Source: a virus
Lineage: Duplodnaviria; Caudoviricetes
Length of the DNA stretch: 62,756 nucleotides
Reading direction: 5' to 3' (one strand)
Virus record (IMG/VR): IMGVR_UViG_3300034105_003214
Coordinates: 1-62,756 of that record
Shown here: positions 1 through 10,592 of the stretch, piece after piece
How the letters are laid out: the number at the start of each line of letters is the position of its first letter
Position numbering within the stretch: the stretch's first letter is position 1
The notes under the pieces: generated by a model
Database searches by the model: none
Told to the model about the DNA's origin: nothing
The model's input: the letters and a program-made list of their open reading frames with translations, nothing else
Translations under genes and position numbers: made by a program

Positions 1-1458
1 GCAACAGGTACTACTGTTGCTTACTGGGATACAGGAACACTTGCATTTCAATCAAATAATAATGTAACATGCCACGATGTTCCAGTTTGGAATATGAATA
101 ATGTATGGAGAGAAAACCCAGCAGGTATAAGTAATTTAAATACGTATGAAGATTTTACTAAATTTGGTTCATATCCATTTTTAGGTTTTATGAATCCTTA
201 TTGTGAATATCTTTCAGAAGTATCAGCCGATACTGTAACTACTTATTGTAATTCAGTTGGTAATAGTTATATCGATGAAGTAAAAAAATCTATATCTATT
301 ATTCATTTTACAAATAATAGTATTTCCAATTTATATGGTGAATTTTTATATGTTGATGCAACAAAAAATAAAATAGTTGAGGTATTTCTTCCAGAATTAA
401 TGTATCATAGACGAGATTTTAAAACTGCTAGTGGAATGACAATGGGTATGAATTTTATTGCTTCAGGTAATACAAAATTAATTGGAAATAGTGAAATTCA
501 ATATATAGACTTAATGGAAGATTCTAGTATGATATCTTCAGCTATAGCTCCAGTATCAGTGGGTAAAGTTTTCCCACAATTAAAAATGATAATTTTTGAT
601 AATGATGAAATTGTTTCTGCATTATCTTATAAATCAAATAGAAATTGGACTCTTCCAGAATTATCAGCAACATTAGCCGCTCCTAGTGGTGGAACTTCTA
701 CTGGTATTTTAGGTGTTAATGAAACAATGTATTTAACGTATAGTTTAGAAGATAATAACCCTATTAATAATTTAAGAACTAGCATTCCTTGTCAAACTTA
801 TGTTAAAATAACCAACAATACTTCAGCACCTAAAGATATTGATTTTAGATTAATAGGTACTGATTTATTACCATACATGCGTAAGATTGAGTCATTTGAT
901 TATGATGGGTTAGGATTTCAAGCACATAAATTTAAATTAGTTTATCAAAAAGTTTCTGATGCGTCTATTAGACCAAGTTCAAATTTATGGAAAACATATA
1001 ATTTTACATCTACTAGTATAACTGGTAATAATAATGAAACTATTGACCCTAAATTATTAGAAAATCAAACACCATTTGTAAATGGGTTTAATTTAAATTT
1101 AATAAATGATGGAGCATCAACAATATTTGATATTACCTCATCAATGTCAATGGCACCAAATCTTTCACCAGATGATTTACAATTTGGTGATGAAAGATTT
1201 TTTTATGGGAATATAAACACATATATTGGGGCTACTATTTTTAAAACAATATTTGATATTGAAATTACTAATGAGTTTAAATTTACAACAAATCCGACTA
1301 GAAGTAACGAACTATCAACAAACCCAAGTGCCATAAAAGTAAGTGAGGTTGGAATTTATGATGCAAACAAAAATCTTGTTTGTATTGGAAAACTTAGTAC
1401 GCCAGTTCCTTTAAAGGCATCAAACATAACAACTTTAGAATTAAGCATGGATTTTTAA
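1..1458 (+). CDS. Virion structural protein (baseplate/tail-associated), 5'-partial
   Basis: Frame is open from base 1 through the ATG at 94; T/N/S-rich; C-terminal KVSEVGIYDANKNLVCIGKLSTP motif typical of large-phage baseplate/tail proteins. Confidence 0.6.
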   Translation, partial: ATGTTVAYWDTGTLAFQSNNNVTCHDVPVWNMNNVWRENPAGISNLNTYEDFTKFGSYPFLGFMNPYCEYLSEVSADTVTTYCNSVGNSYIDEVKKSISIIHFTNNSISNLYGEFLYVDATKNKIVEVFLPELMYHRRDFKTASGMTMGMNFIASGNTKLIGNSEIQYIDLMEDSSMISSAIAPVSVGKVFPQLKMIIFDNDEIVSALSYKSNRNWTLPELSATLAAPSGGTSTGILGVNETMYLTYSLEDNNPINNLRTSIPCQTYVKITNNTSAPKDIDFRLIGTDLLPYMRKIESFDYDGLGFQAHKFKLVYQKVSDASIRPSSNLWKTYNFTSTSITGNNNETIDPKLLENQTPFVNGFNLNLINDGASTIFDITSSMSMAPNLSPDDLQFGDERFFYGNINTYIGATIFKTIFDIEITNEFKFTTNPTRSNELSTNPSAIKVSEVGIYDANKNLVCIGKLSTPVPLKASNITTLELSMDF

Positions 1459-1459
1459 T

Positions 1460-2668
1460 ATGGGATTTAATAGTATAACACCGTCAATTAACTTAGTAGC
1501 TAAGTTGACACCTTTAGGTAGAAAAAGATTAGTTTCTACAAATAACGCTTTAATAACAACATTTAGCCTAGGTGATTCAGATGCTAATTATTATACAGCA
1601 TATCCTTTAAATAGTGGTGAAGTACCATCGTTAGCTGGTGATATTGGACCATTAAATTCAGTAGGTAATGGAGTAACAGATAATATAGTGTTAAAAAGTT
1701 TATTATATGTTAATAGACAAGGTATTACTAAAAAAAATGTTGAATCACAATCTGTTAATATAGTAACCGAAAGTATATTTAATGGATTTACAACTGTTAG
1801 TGGAACAAATTTAACTAGATTAGTTATTGATAGAAATTCATACGATACTAATAGTTATGTTAATTTATATTATTCATTTGGTTTACCCTTAAATGCAAAT
1901 AATGATTATATGTATACTGCAGTAACTAACACAAATGGTGGTTTTGCTGATACGGCATTTAGTGGTTTAGCTACTACTAATATTGGTGTTTTTGCTATCG
2001 ATAATACAACATATGGTGAAACAATAGTTGGTAAAACTATTAAAATGGATTTACCAACTACTGCTGGTACATTTACAATTTACGGTACATATGAAAATAA
2101 AAATATTGCATTAAATATTGAAGATGCTAATATCTACGATACATCAATAAATTCTAAAAATATTGATGATAATATAACATTTTTGTTTTGTGATGATATT
2201 AATAAACCAAATGGCGATTCAACCTTGTCATGGGCAACTGGTTGGAACACACATAAACCTTTTAGTCTTAACAAAAAACAATTATTTAATTTTCAAACAA
2301 ATACTAATTTAAGCCTTACAGCTGATACTATTGTTGGTGTTGCTTATTTAGATAAAGGTATAATTGTATTAACTCATCCAACAATTGTTAATAGTATTGG
2401 TGAGTTAACTTCAGGAACAACAACAGGAACCACAATAACATTTGATAGCGTATCAACAGATATTTATCAAAATATAACATGTATTGCTGATAGAGGTGAA
2501 TTTGGTACATCAACAAATATTACAATAGGTGCTGGTGATAACCCAAGAATTAGTGAAATTGGGTTATATGATGATTTAGGTAATCTTATAGCAATAGCTA
2601 AAACTGACCGTCATATAGTTAAAAATGTTAATGAATTTATTGCCTTAGGGATTAAAATAAGCCTTTAA
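1460..2668 (+). CDS. Virion structural protein with the same C-terminal motif as the upstream gene
   Basis: N-terminal AKLTPLGRKRL...FSLGDSDANY; C-terminal RISEIGLYDDLGNLIAIAK. Confidence 0.6.
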   Translation: MGFNSITPSINLVAKLTPLGRKRLVSTNNALITTFSLGDSDANYYTAYPLNSGEVPSLAGDIGPLNSVGNGVTDNIVLKSLLYVNRQGITKKNVESQSVNIVTESIFNGFTTVSGTNLTRLVIDRNSYDTNSYVNLYYSFGLPLNANNDYMYTAVTNTNGGFADTAFSGLATTNIGVFAIDNTTYGETIVGKTIKMDLPTTAGTFTIYGTYENKNIALNIEDANIYDTSINSKNIDDNITFLFCDDINKPNGDSTLSWATGWNTHKPFSLNKKQLFNFQTNTNLSLTADTIVGVAYLDKGIIVLTHPTIVNSIGELTSGTTTGTTITFDSVSTDIYQNITCIADRGEFGTSTNITIGAGDNPRISEIGLYDDLGNLIAIAKTDRHIVKNVNEFIALGIKISL

Positions 2669-2670
2669 TA

Positions 2671-3285
2671 ATGGATAATAAAGGAATATATAAAATATTT
2701 AATTTAGTAAATAATAAAATTTATATTGGTAGTGCATCCAGTAATGGTGGTTTTAGAAAACGTTGGAATGAACATAAAAGTGATTTAAATAGAAATGTTC
2801 ATCATAATAAACATTTACAATTATCATGGAATAAATACGGTTCGGATAATTTTAAATTTGAAATAATTGAATTAATTAATGATACTAGTTTAATTTTAGA
2901 GCGTGAACAATATTATTTAGATAATTTAAAGCCAGACTATAATATTTGTAAGATAGCTGGTAATACATTAGGTGTTAAACTAAGTGAAGAACATAAGAAA
3001 AAAATATCTGATAACGCTAAACTTAGAATTGGTGATAAAAACCCATTTTATGGTAAAAAAGATACTGAAGAAACTAAAAATCTAATGTTAAAAAATAAAA
3101 AAGGTAAACCAGTTAAACCGAAAAAACCAATTTTACAATTAAATATTAATAATGAAGTTATTAAATATTGGAAAGGAACTTATGATGTTGTTGAAAGTTT
3201 AGGGTTTAATCAAAGCAACATTAATTTAGTGTTAAATGATAAACGTAAAACAGCACATGGATTTAAATGGGTTTATGTAAATTAG
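2671..3285 (+). CDS. GIY-YIG homing endonuclease with NUMOD-type DNA-binding repeats
   Basis: GIYKI...IYIGS, R-W-N-E-H, EREQYY, KNPFYGK, C-terminal KRKTAHGFKW. Confidence 0.9.
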   Translation: MDNKGIYKIFNLVNNKIYIGSASSNGGFRKRWNEHKSDLNRNVHHNKHLQLSWNKYGSDNFKFEIIELINDTSLILEREQYYLDNLKPDYNICKIAGNTLGVKLSEEHKKKISDNAKLRIGDKNPFYGKKDTEETKNLMLKNKKGKPVKPKKPILQLNINNEVIKYWKGTYDVVESLGFNQSNINLVLNDKRKTAHGFKWVYVN

Positions 3286-3355
3286 GTATTAAAATATCAT
3301 TATAGTATTTATTTTTTAGAATTCTGGTTTAGATTTATATAAAAATTTTTATAAT

Positions 3356-4012
3356 ATGGAAAATAAAATAGAAAAAGAACCAGAATTTCTTTTAAGTCTG
3401 GATGTATCCACCTCTACAATAGGTATCGCTTTATTTGAAGATGATGGGACTAAAGGTGATTTGAAATTACTTCACCACGTTAGCCCTAAAGTTAAACCAC
3501 TTCCAAGTAGTAAAATGGAAGAATTATTTCGTAAGGTGGAAATATTTGAAGAAGAATTCCTTAAAAACTACACCAATTTTAATATTACTACTGTTGTAAT
3601 TGAAGAACCTCTTTTACAATCAAATAACGTTTATACAATCGCAACTCTTTTACGATTCAATGGAATGATATCCAAATCAGTGTACGACACATTAGGAGTC
3701 GTTCCTACGTTCATTTCTTCTTATGATGCTCGTAAGTATGCTTTTCCAGAATTGATGGCTGTAAGAACCTTTAAAAAGGACGGGACAGCATTAGATGCAA
3801 AAGCAATAGCTAAAAACACACCAGTACTTTTTGGTGGTTATCCATTTGATTTAGATAAAAAATATGTTCTTTGGGAAAAAGTTGCTGAACTTGAACCACA
3901 AATTACATGGTTTTTTGATAAGAAAAACAAATTAAAAAAAGAAACATTCGATATGTCAGATGCCTATGTATGTGGGTTGGCATATTTTAATAAAAGAAAT
4001 TTGGAAAAATAA
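3356..4012 (+). CDS. RuvC-like Holliday junction resolvase
   Basis: LSLDVSTSTIGIA, VVIEEP, DMSDAY acidic motifs. Confidence 0.75.
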   Translation: MENKIEKEPEFLLSLDVSTSTIGIALFEDDGTKGDLKLLHHVSPKVKPLPSSKMEELFRKVEIFEEEFLKNYTNFNITTVVIEEPLLQSNNVYTIATLLRFNGMISKSVYDTLGVVPTFISSYDARKYAFPELMAVRTFKKDGTALDAKAIAKNTPVLFGGYPFDLDKKYVLWEKVAELEPQITWFFDKKNKLKKETFDMSDAYVCGLAYFNKRNLEK

Positions 4013-4014
4013 AG

Positions 4015-4656
4015 TTAATTATCTTTTCTAACTATATTCCATATTGTTGATTTACTAATACCGTATAATTCACTTAATTTCCTAGTTGAATAAGAACCAG
4101 AACTATATTTATTTAATAGTTCTGTTCTTATTTCATTAGAGATTTTAGTTTTGTATTTTATTGATTTTAAAATATCTTTTTTACTTTTATTAATCATTAA
4201 AATTTTTGTTTTTTCTTCATGTTTAAGACCAATATGTGAATTAGACATTTTATTTTTTGTTTCATCAGTATGTTTATTACCCAAACTATTTTTATTACCA
4301 ATACGACTTTTAGACATTTTATTTTTTGTTTCATCGCTATGTTTGAAACCTAGCATATTACCAGCTGTTTTACATAAATTATAACTCATTTTTTTATCGT
4401 ATGTTATTAAATCTAAATAAAATTGTTCACGTTCTAATAATTTATTTAAATCTAAAACATATTCAATCACTTCAAATAAAAATGATTCTTCACCATGTTT
4501 ATTCCATGATTTTTGAAGAAAATTATTATCATGTTTATTTTGTTTTAATGTGCGTTTATGTTCATTCCATCTATTTTTAATATTTATAGAACTACCAATA
4601 TAATAACGACCATTATTTTTATTTATTATTTTATAAATTCCAGATTTAATTATCAT
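4015..4656 (-). CDS. GIY-YIG homing endonuclease, NUMOD3 repeats, C-terminal HTH
   Basis: SGIYKI...YYIGSS; KHSDETKNKMS repeated; ATG at 4656 chosen as start. Confidence 0.9.
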   Translation of the reverse strand: MIIKSGIYKIINKNNGRYYIGSSINIKNRWNEHKRTLKQNKHDNNFLQKSWNKHGEESFLFEVIEYVLDLNKLLEREQFYLDLITYDKKMSYNLCKTAGNMLGFKHSDETKNKMSKSRIGNKNSLGNKHTDETKNKMSNSHIGLKHEEKTKILMINKSKKDILKSIKYKTKISNEIRTELLNKYSSGSYSTRKLSELYGISKSTIWNIVRKDN

Positions 4657-4885
4657 TGATATCAATTATTTTAGTTGTTTTACTACCAACATAATTATTA
4701 TTTTTATCATATTTAATTTCAATGTTGTTTGTTATTGTTACGTTTTTTAAATAATTATTAATTAAGTTTTCAATAAATTCTGATTTATTATTTGTTAGTA
4801 TTTCTAACATGGTAAATGAATGGTTAGAAATAGTTATACCTAATTTTATTTTTTTTTCTTTTTCTTCTAGTTTTGGTCTTCCCAT
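4646..4885 (-). CDS. Small ribbon-helix-helix-like DNA-binding protein
   Basis: MGRPKLEEKEKKIKLGITIS...NKSEFIENLI pattern; overlaps the endonuclease start. Confidence 0.55.
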   Translation of the reverse strand: MGRPKLEEKEKKIKLGITISNHSFTMLEILTNNKSEFIENLINNYLKNVTITNNIEIKYDKNNNYVGSKTTKIIDINDN

Positions 4886-4961
4886 AATATTTGTTTTATT
4901 AATAAATATCGGATAAAAATCAAAAAATCGGATAAAAACTAAATAAATTAAAAATATTTAG

Positions 4962-4969
4962 TATATTTG
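4962..4969 (+). promoter_or_regulatory. Bacteroidota-type -7 promoter box TAnnTTTG (representative copy)
   Basis: TATATTTG before primase; same motif at 5973, 12955, 25768, 26675, 28383, 30587, 31826, 33361, 34343, 35075, 39044, 42719, 42801, 47554, 51380, 55195, 58820, 60771, 62684, all intergenic. Confidence 0.75.
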
Positions 4970-4985
4970 CATAAAAATTAAAATA

Positions 4986-5942
4986 ATGTCGAGTTTATTA
5001 GTAAACATATTAGAGTCATTTCTTGGTGATATTAAGAAACATAATGAAGACACAGGACAAGCAGCGTTTGATTGTCCCGTGTGTTCTGCTGAAAAAAACT
5101 TACCTAATGGTGATGGAAAGGGAAACTTAGAAATTAACTATAATAAAAACATGTTTAAGTGTTGGGCATGTCCTGATACTAACCATATGCATGGTCCAGT
5201 AGTAAGACTACTTAAAAAACATGCAACACCTAAAAACCTTAGAGATTATTTACTAGTAAAACCAGATGCTGACGTTATTGTTAATAAAGAACGTGAGGAA
5301 ATAATTGTCACACTACCAGAAGGTTATAAAAAATTATCAGAATGTACTGGTAAAGAATATAATTATTATTCTGCTATAAATTATTTAAAAAGTAGAGGTA
5401 TTACTGATTGGATAATTAAAGAATTTGATATAGGTTATACAACCAAAGGACCTTTTTATAATAGAATTATTATTCCATCATATGATATTGATGGGAAATT
5501 AAACTACTTTATTGCTAGATGGTTTCCTAAAGAATACAATAAATTAAAATACATTAACCCCACTGCTGAAAAACAAGAAATTATCTTTAATGAAAATAAG
5601 ATAAACTGGGATGCAACAATTTATATCGTGGAAGGTGTTACAGACCATATAGTTACACCAAATTCAATACCATTGCTAGGTAAATTCATATCAGATAAAC
5701 TAATAGAACAACTTCATGATAAGGCACAAGGTCTTATCGTTATAGTACTAGATGGTGATGCATATGAAGATGCTAAAATACTTTATAAAAAATTAAGTTT
5801 TGGAGATTTACTAGGTAGAATTCGTATTTGTGTACCCCCAGAGGATTTTGACCCATCAAAGATATTTGAAAGATTAGGTAATAAGGGTATTATTAAACTA
5901 TTAAAAAGTTCATATAAATTGTCTCCAATGGATTTTTATTGA
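4986..5942 (+). CDS. DNA primase (Zn finger + TOPRIM)
   Basis: CPVC...CWAC; YLKSRGI; RIIIP; IVEGVTD; LDGDA. Confidence 0.85.
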   Translation: MSSLLVNILESFLGDIKKHNEDTGQAAFDCPVCSAEKNLPNGDGKGNLEINYNKNMFKCWACPDTNHMHGPVVRLLKKHATPKNLRDYLLVKPDADVIVNKEREEIIVTLPEGYKKLSECTGKEYNYYSAINYLKSRGITDWIIKEFDIGYTTKGPFYNRIIIPSYDIDGKLNYFIARWFPKEYNKLKYINPTAEKQEIIFNENKINWDATIYIVEGVTDHIVTPNSIPLLGKFISDKLIEQLHDKAQGLIVIVLDGDAYEDAKILYKKLSFGDLLGRIRICVPPEDFDPSKIFERLGNKGIIKLLKSSYKLSPMDFY

Positions 5943-5992
5943 TTTTAAGTTGTTATATTGGTAATTATTTAGTAAGTTTGCAATAAAAAAAT

Positions 5993-6775
5993 ATGAGTGA
6001 AGCAAAATTATGGGTTGGGCCAGTATACTTAGAACCCATTGAACATAAATACCATCATAGAGAAACTGGTAAAATATATAAATCAGTTACTACTACATTA
6101 TCATCCATAGAACCACACTTTGATTCAGAAGCTGTTTCTGCAGCTATTGTACAACAACAAGATGCCAATAAACAAGAAAGATATATTGGTATGAATCAAC
6201 AACAAATACTTGATTATTGGCAAATGCTTAATGATGAAGCTAATGTTTACGGTACTATGGTACATGATATTGTTGAACGTTATTTATTGGCAAATAAATG
6301 GTATTTCCCACCAAATAATGAAGAAGGTCAATTTGAACAAAAAGTTATTGATGGATATAACTCATTAGAAATTGATGAGGGTATTGCTGTATGGCCAGAA
6401 CGTATTCTTTTTTCTGAAGAATATGAATTGGCTGGTATGTCGGATTTAATTATAGATATTGATGATGTTTATTTCGATGTTCTTGACCACAAAACCAATA
6501 GAGTATTCAATTTCTTTAATCCTTATGGGTATGAAACCCTATATAAACCATTTGACCACTTACAATCATGTCAATGGTCAATTTATACCTTACAGTTAAG
6601 TGTTTATGCTTATATGTATGAACTAGAATTCCCAAAACGTAAATGTCGTCAAATTGTCATTTTATATTGGGATAAAATAAAAGAATCTTTTGAAAAGATT
6701 CACGTAATGTACCTCAAGCACGAAGCACGTAAATTAATAGAAATGCACCATTATAATTTAATGAAAAATAAATAA
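5993..6775 (+). CDS. PD-(D/E)XK exonuclease
   Basis: SVTT, GTMVH, E...AGMSD...DHKT, LQLSVY. Confidence 0.8.
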   Translation: MSEAKLWVGPVYLEPIEHKYHHRETGKIYKSVTTTLSSIEPHFDSEAVSAAIVQQQDANKQERYIGMNQQQILDYWQMLNDEANVYGTMVHDIVERYLLANKWYFPPNNEEGQFEQKVIDGYNSLEIDEGIAVWPERILFSEEYELAGMSDLIIDIDDVYFDVLDHKTNRVFNFFNPYGYETLYKPFDHLQSCQWSIYTLQLSVYAYMYELEFPKRKCRQIVILYWDKIKESFEKIHVMYLKHEARKLIEMHHYNLMKNK

Positions 6776-6785
6776 ATAAATAGAT

Positions 6786-8165
6786 ATGAATGAACAATTT
6801 TTAGTGTTACCAAAATTAATTAAAGAAGAACGAATCGAAAAGGTTACCAATAGTATTGTTAAACCAGATGTTTCAATGTTGAATGAAGAACAGAAAGAAA
6901 TATTTGATAAGATAACAACTATCAAACTGCATACTTTCTCTCAAAGTCTTTTAACTGGTTATTCTGGTACTGGCAAAACCTTTTTAGTTACAAAGATAAT
7001 TGAAGAGATTCTTTATCAAAACAAAGGTGTTAAAATAGCTATTACGGCACCAACAAACAAAGCAGTAAGAGTATTGAAAAACTTATCATCAATTTGTGAA
7101 ACACATTCCAGAGTTGAATTTAATACGCTTCACTCATTACTTGGATTGAAAAGAGTTATAACTTCTGAAGGTAAAGAAGAATATAAAGCAGAATTCGGTG
7201 GTGGTGAAATAGGTGAATTTAATATTGTATTGGTTGACGAAGTTTCAATGTTAGATAATGAATTATACGAGCAATTATTAAGTAGTGCTGAATACAATAA
7301 TATTTTATTGTTATTCATCGGTGATAGAGGTCAAATACCACCAGTAAATGGAGGTGAATCTAGGTTATTTACTGAAAAATTAGAAAATAGTTTTAACCTT
7401 ACCAAAATTATCAGACAAGCTGGTGGTAATCCAATTATTCAGATAGCACAAAAGATTAGAACCAATGAAGATATTAAAGAAGAAACTATAGTTGATGAGG
7501 AAAACAATGGTGTTATCTTTTTAAAGATAAACACTGAAATGCCTTTATTGGAAAAATACTTTAAATCTGAAAATTTTAATAAAAATCCTAATTTTGTTAA
7601 GGTGTTAGCTTGGACAAATAGAGCAGTAGATTATTACAATGATAAAATCAGAGGAATGATTTATGGTGAAAAATGTGGTGTATTAAATATTGGTGAAAAA
7701 ATGGTTTGTAATAAACCAATTACTGATAGTAGAAAAAGAATACTATTAAATAACAATGATGAGTTTGAAGTACTTTCATATGAAATGAAAACTGAAACAA
7801 CTGCTTATAAGTTTTCTTATTATGCGGTTAAGGTTTTATGTAATGGTAAAACACAAACGATAAAGTTATTAGCTGAAAAATCAGAATCAGCATTTCAAAA
7901 AGAATTAAAAATCTTAAAAGAGAAAGCTAGTAAAGCTTCTCCAATGTTAAGAAGAAATGCGTGGGTTAAGTATTTTAACCTATTGGGTAAATATGCTGAT
8001 GTAAAGTATAATTACGCTTTGACAGTACATAAATCACAAGGTAGTACATTTGACAATGCCATCGTAATCAATTGTGATATTAAACGTGTACAAGATAAAA
8101 AAGAACGAAATAAGCTTTTGTATACTGCTGTAACAAGAGCAAAAAATAAATTATTTGTAATATAA
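6786..8165 (+). CDS. Dda/RecD-like SF1B helicase
   Basis: GYSGTGKT, APTNKA, DEVSM, GDRGQIPPV, IRQ, TVHKSQGSTF, YTAVTRA. Confidence 0.92.
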   Translation: MNEQFLVLPKLIKEERIEKVTNSIVKPDVSMLNEEQKEIFDKITTIKLHTFSQSLLTGYSGTGKTFLVTKIIEEILYQNKGVKIAITAPTNKAVRVLKNLSSICETHSRVEFNTLHSLLGLKRVITSEGKEEYKAEFGGGEIGEFNIVLVDEVSMLDNELYEQLLSSAEYNNILLLFIGDRGQIPPVNGGESRLFTEKLENSFNLTKIIRQAGGNPIIQIAQKIRTNEDIKEETIVDEENNGVIFLKINTEMPLLEKYFKSENFNKNPNFVKVLAWTNRAVDYYNDKIRGMIYGEKCGVLNIGEKMVCNKPITDSRKRILLNNNDEFEVLSYEMKTETTAYKFSYYAVKVLCNGKTQTIKLLAEKSESAFQKELKILKEKASKASPMLRRNAWVKYFNLLGKYADVKYNYALTVHKSQGSTFDNAIVINCDIKRVQDKKERNKLLYTAVTRAKNKLFVI

Positions 8166-8845
8166 TGATAAAAAAAGTAGTACACGTAGCTGATATACAC
8201 ATTAGAACAATGAGGCTTCATGATGAATACAAAACTGTATTTATCAACTTTTTTTCAGACCTAACTGATTTGTTAGCTGATTATAAAAGAGAAGAAATTA
8301 GAATTGTGGTTGCTGGTGACCTTGTTCATCAAAAAATTGTTATCTCTAACGAACAATTATTGTTAGGAACATGGTTTTTACGTAAATTAGAAGAATTTGG
8401 TTCTGTAGTTGTTATTGCAGGTAATCATGACCTTTTAGAGAATAATAAAGACCGTATGGATTCAATAACACCGATGGTTCAATTCTTACCAGATAAAGAA
8501 ATTAATTATTTCAAAGAATCTAAGTGTTATTTGGATGATAATATTGTATGGTGCGTCTATTCAATATTTGAAGAAAATACAAGACCTGATATTGAAGCAG
8601 CCAGAGCACAATTTGGTGATGACAAGTCATATATTGGATTATTTCATGGTCCATTAATTGGTTCAAGTACTGATATTGGTTATGTGATAGACCACGGATA
8701 TGATTTAGAAATATTTAATGGTTGCGATATTGTAATGTGTGGGGATATTCACAAAAGAGGTACTTTAAACTTTAAAGAGGTTAAAGAAATAAATGAAGAT
8801 GATTTGGATAAATATCTTAAAATGGGTTGGGAGATAGATGAATAA
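8165..8845 (+). CDS. sbcD: SbcD/Mre11 metallophosphoesterase, N-terminal part of split gene
   Basis: ADIH, AGDL, GNHD, FHG, GDIHKR; the downstream PxSL motif is missing from this ORF. Confidence 0.8.
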   Translation: MIKKVVHVADIHIRTMRLHDEYKTVFINFFSDLTDLLADYKREEIRIVVAGDLVHQKIVISNEQLLLGTWFLRKLEEFGSVVVIAGNHDLLENNKDRMDSITPMVQFLPDKEINYFKESKCYLDDNIVWCVYSIFEENTRPDIEAARAQFGDDKSYIGLFHGPLIGSSTDIGYVIDHGYDLEIFNGCDIVMCGDIHKRGTLNFKEVKEINEDDLDKYLKMGWEIDE

Positions 8846-8883
8846 CTTCTTTTCTTATTTTTGGAGATATTTATAATAAAATA

Positions 8884-9789
8884 ATGTGGGTATCACCAAA
8901 AATAACTATAGCAAAAATGGAAAAAAAATGTAAAGAGTGTAATAATAACTTTAAAACGTATAAAAAAGAGCAAATATTTTGCTCTAGAGAATGTAGTTCT
9001 AATAGTCAAAAATTTGAAAAAAAAGAGAAAATATGTGAATTTAGTGGGTGTACCAATGTTTTTCATGTAATAAATTCAGCAAAATCTATTGATAGAGAAA
9101 AACGTTTTTGTTCTAAAGAATGTCAAATTGAGTGGCAAAAATTTTATCAATTAGGAGAGAATAATGGGAATTATGGTAAAGAAAATAAATGGGGCTATCA
9201 CGATAACGATAAGAGACTTGAAATTAGTGAAAAAATTAAAAAATCATGGCAAAATCCAGAAAGGTTAAAAAAACATTTAGATTTTCTGGATAGACATAGA
9301 ATAGATGATGGTAGTTTTGATTTTCAAAATAAATTATTTAGAGATAAAATATCTTCAGCTAATATAAGTAGAATGTTAAGTAACCCAAGTTATGGTGCGT
9401 ATAATTCATGTCAACGAGGGTGGTATATTAGTAAAAAAACTAAAGATGAAGAATATTATCATTCTTCATGGGAAAAAGAACGAATGATAGAATTAGATAA
9501 TGATAAATCAGTTATTTTTTGGACTAAAAAACATGGATATGTTATAAATTTTATTCATAATAATATAAATAAAAGATATTTACCAGATTTTTTAATTAAA
9601 TTTGAAAATCATCAAATAATTGAAGAAGTAAAAGGGTATATTGATGATGAAAATATTTTTAAATTAAAATGTGAAGCGTCTTTAATTTTTTTTAAAAATA
9701 TAGGTATTGAATATAAAATAAATTTTATGTATAATACTAAAAAATATGAAAAAATAATAAATTGGTTTAATAAATTAAAAAATAAATGA
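8884..9789 (+). CDS. Putative homing endonuclease (Cys-rich repeats + TnsA-like PD-(D/E)XK domain) inserted in sbcD
   Basis: CKEC...FCSREC, FCSKEC; SSWE...YLPDF...EEVKG. Confidence 0.7.
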   Translation: MWVSPKITIAKMEKKCKECNNNFKTYKKEQIFCSRECSSNSQKFEKKEKICEFSGCTNVFHVINSAKSIDREKRFCSKECQIEWQKFYQLGENNGNYGKENKWGYHDNDKRLEISEKIKKSWQNPERLKKHLDFLDRHRIDDGSFDFQNKLFRDKISSANISRMLSNPSYGAYNSCQRGWYISKKTKDEEYYHSSWEKERMIELDNDKSVIFWTKKHGYVINFIHNNINKRYLPDFLIKFENHQIIEEVKGYIDDENIFKLKCEASLIFFKNIGIEYKINFMYNTKKYEKIINWFNKLKNK

Positions 9790-10010
9790 AAAAAATAAAA
9801 ATTAAAAAAATAATTAAAGTCGTAATGCCATCAAGTTTGATTCAACAAAACTTTGGTGAAAACGTTACCAAACATGGTTTTTTACTATGGGATATTGAAA
9901 CCAAAACATTTACAGAACACGATGTTGAAAATTATTCACCGTTTTACAAATTTAAAATAACATCCCTTGAAGATTTAGAAGAAGGGAAAGAAAAAATAAC
10001 AAATTTATAA
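9786..10010 (+). CDS. sbcD: SbcD/Mre11 C-terminal part of split gene
   Basis: MPSSLIQQNFGE...HGFLLWD continues the SbcD fold after GDIHKR. Confidence 0.75.
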   Translation: MKKIKIKKIIKVVMPSSLIQQNFGENVTKHGFLLWDIETKTFTEHDVENYSPFYKFKITSLEDLEEGKEKITNL

Positions 10011-10273
10011 TGACACTAGGAGAATTAAAAACATTCGTGAACTCAATACCTGAAGACATGGACAATTACGAAGCAGTAAACGGTGAGTTTTGCTTGGATA
10101 AAGATGGCAACACATTTATCATGAAAAATAATTCAATCATGACTATTTATGTTGACCAGAAGACTAATGACGTACAGTTCCTTCATCAAACTGACGAAGA
10201 TGTGAAAAACATTTTGTTAGGTGACTTGGAACAATTAAACTTTGACGAAAATGGAGATACCGAAACAACTTAA
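10010..10273 (+). CDS. Hypothetical protein
   Basis: ORF coupled by TAATG overlap. Confidence 0.6.
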   Translation: MTLGELKTFVNSIPEDMDNYEAVNGEFCLDKDGNTFIMKNNSIMTIYVDQKTNDVQFLHQTDEDVKNILLGDLEQLNFDENGDTETT

Positions 10274-10592
10274 AGATGATATTTGGGATTATTGCAGAGC
10301 CAATAATATAACCAACATAGACGAGTTCATAGTGAGACTTATTAGACAAGGTTTTACTATTGAAAAATTTGGTGCGACACCAATAATTCCTGGTAAAACT
10401 AATAAGGTGACCCCAGAAGTGTCAGTTGAAGTTATCAACCCAATCAGTTTGGAAGTTCCAGAAAATATCAAAAAACACACTGCTACGGTTAAAAAAGTTA
10501 AAAATAAAATTGAAGCTGAAGTAAAAACAATTAATAAAGAAATCTCAGCAAGAGACCAAAAAAACAACAAAATAGATTTATATGGCGAATAA
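10251..10592 (+). CDS. Hypothetical protein, possible RHH-like N-terminus
   Basis: MEIPKQLKDDIWDYCRANNI...; in operon. Confidence 0.55.
   Translation: MEIPKQLKDDIWDYCRANNITNIDEFIVRLIRQGFTIEKFGATPIIPGKTNKVTPEVSVEVINPISLEVPENIKKHTATVKKVKNKIEAEVKTINKEISARDQKNNKIDLYGE

Noticed and set aside
8760-9830. Split intein or group I intron in sbcD
   Set aside because: No Cys/Ser-initiated N-intein or His-Asn C-terminus, and no non-coding room for a ribozyme core.
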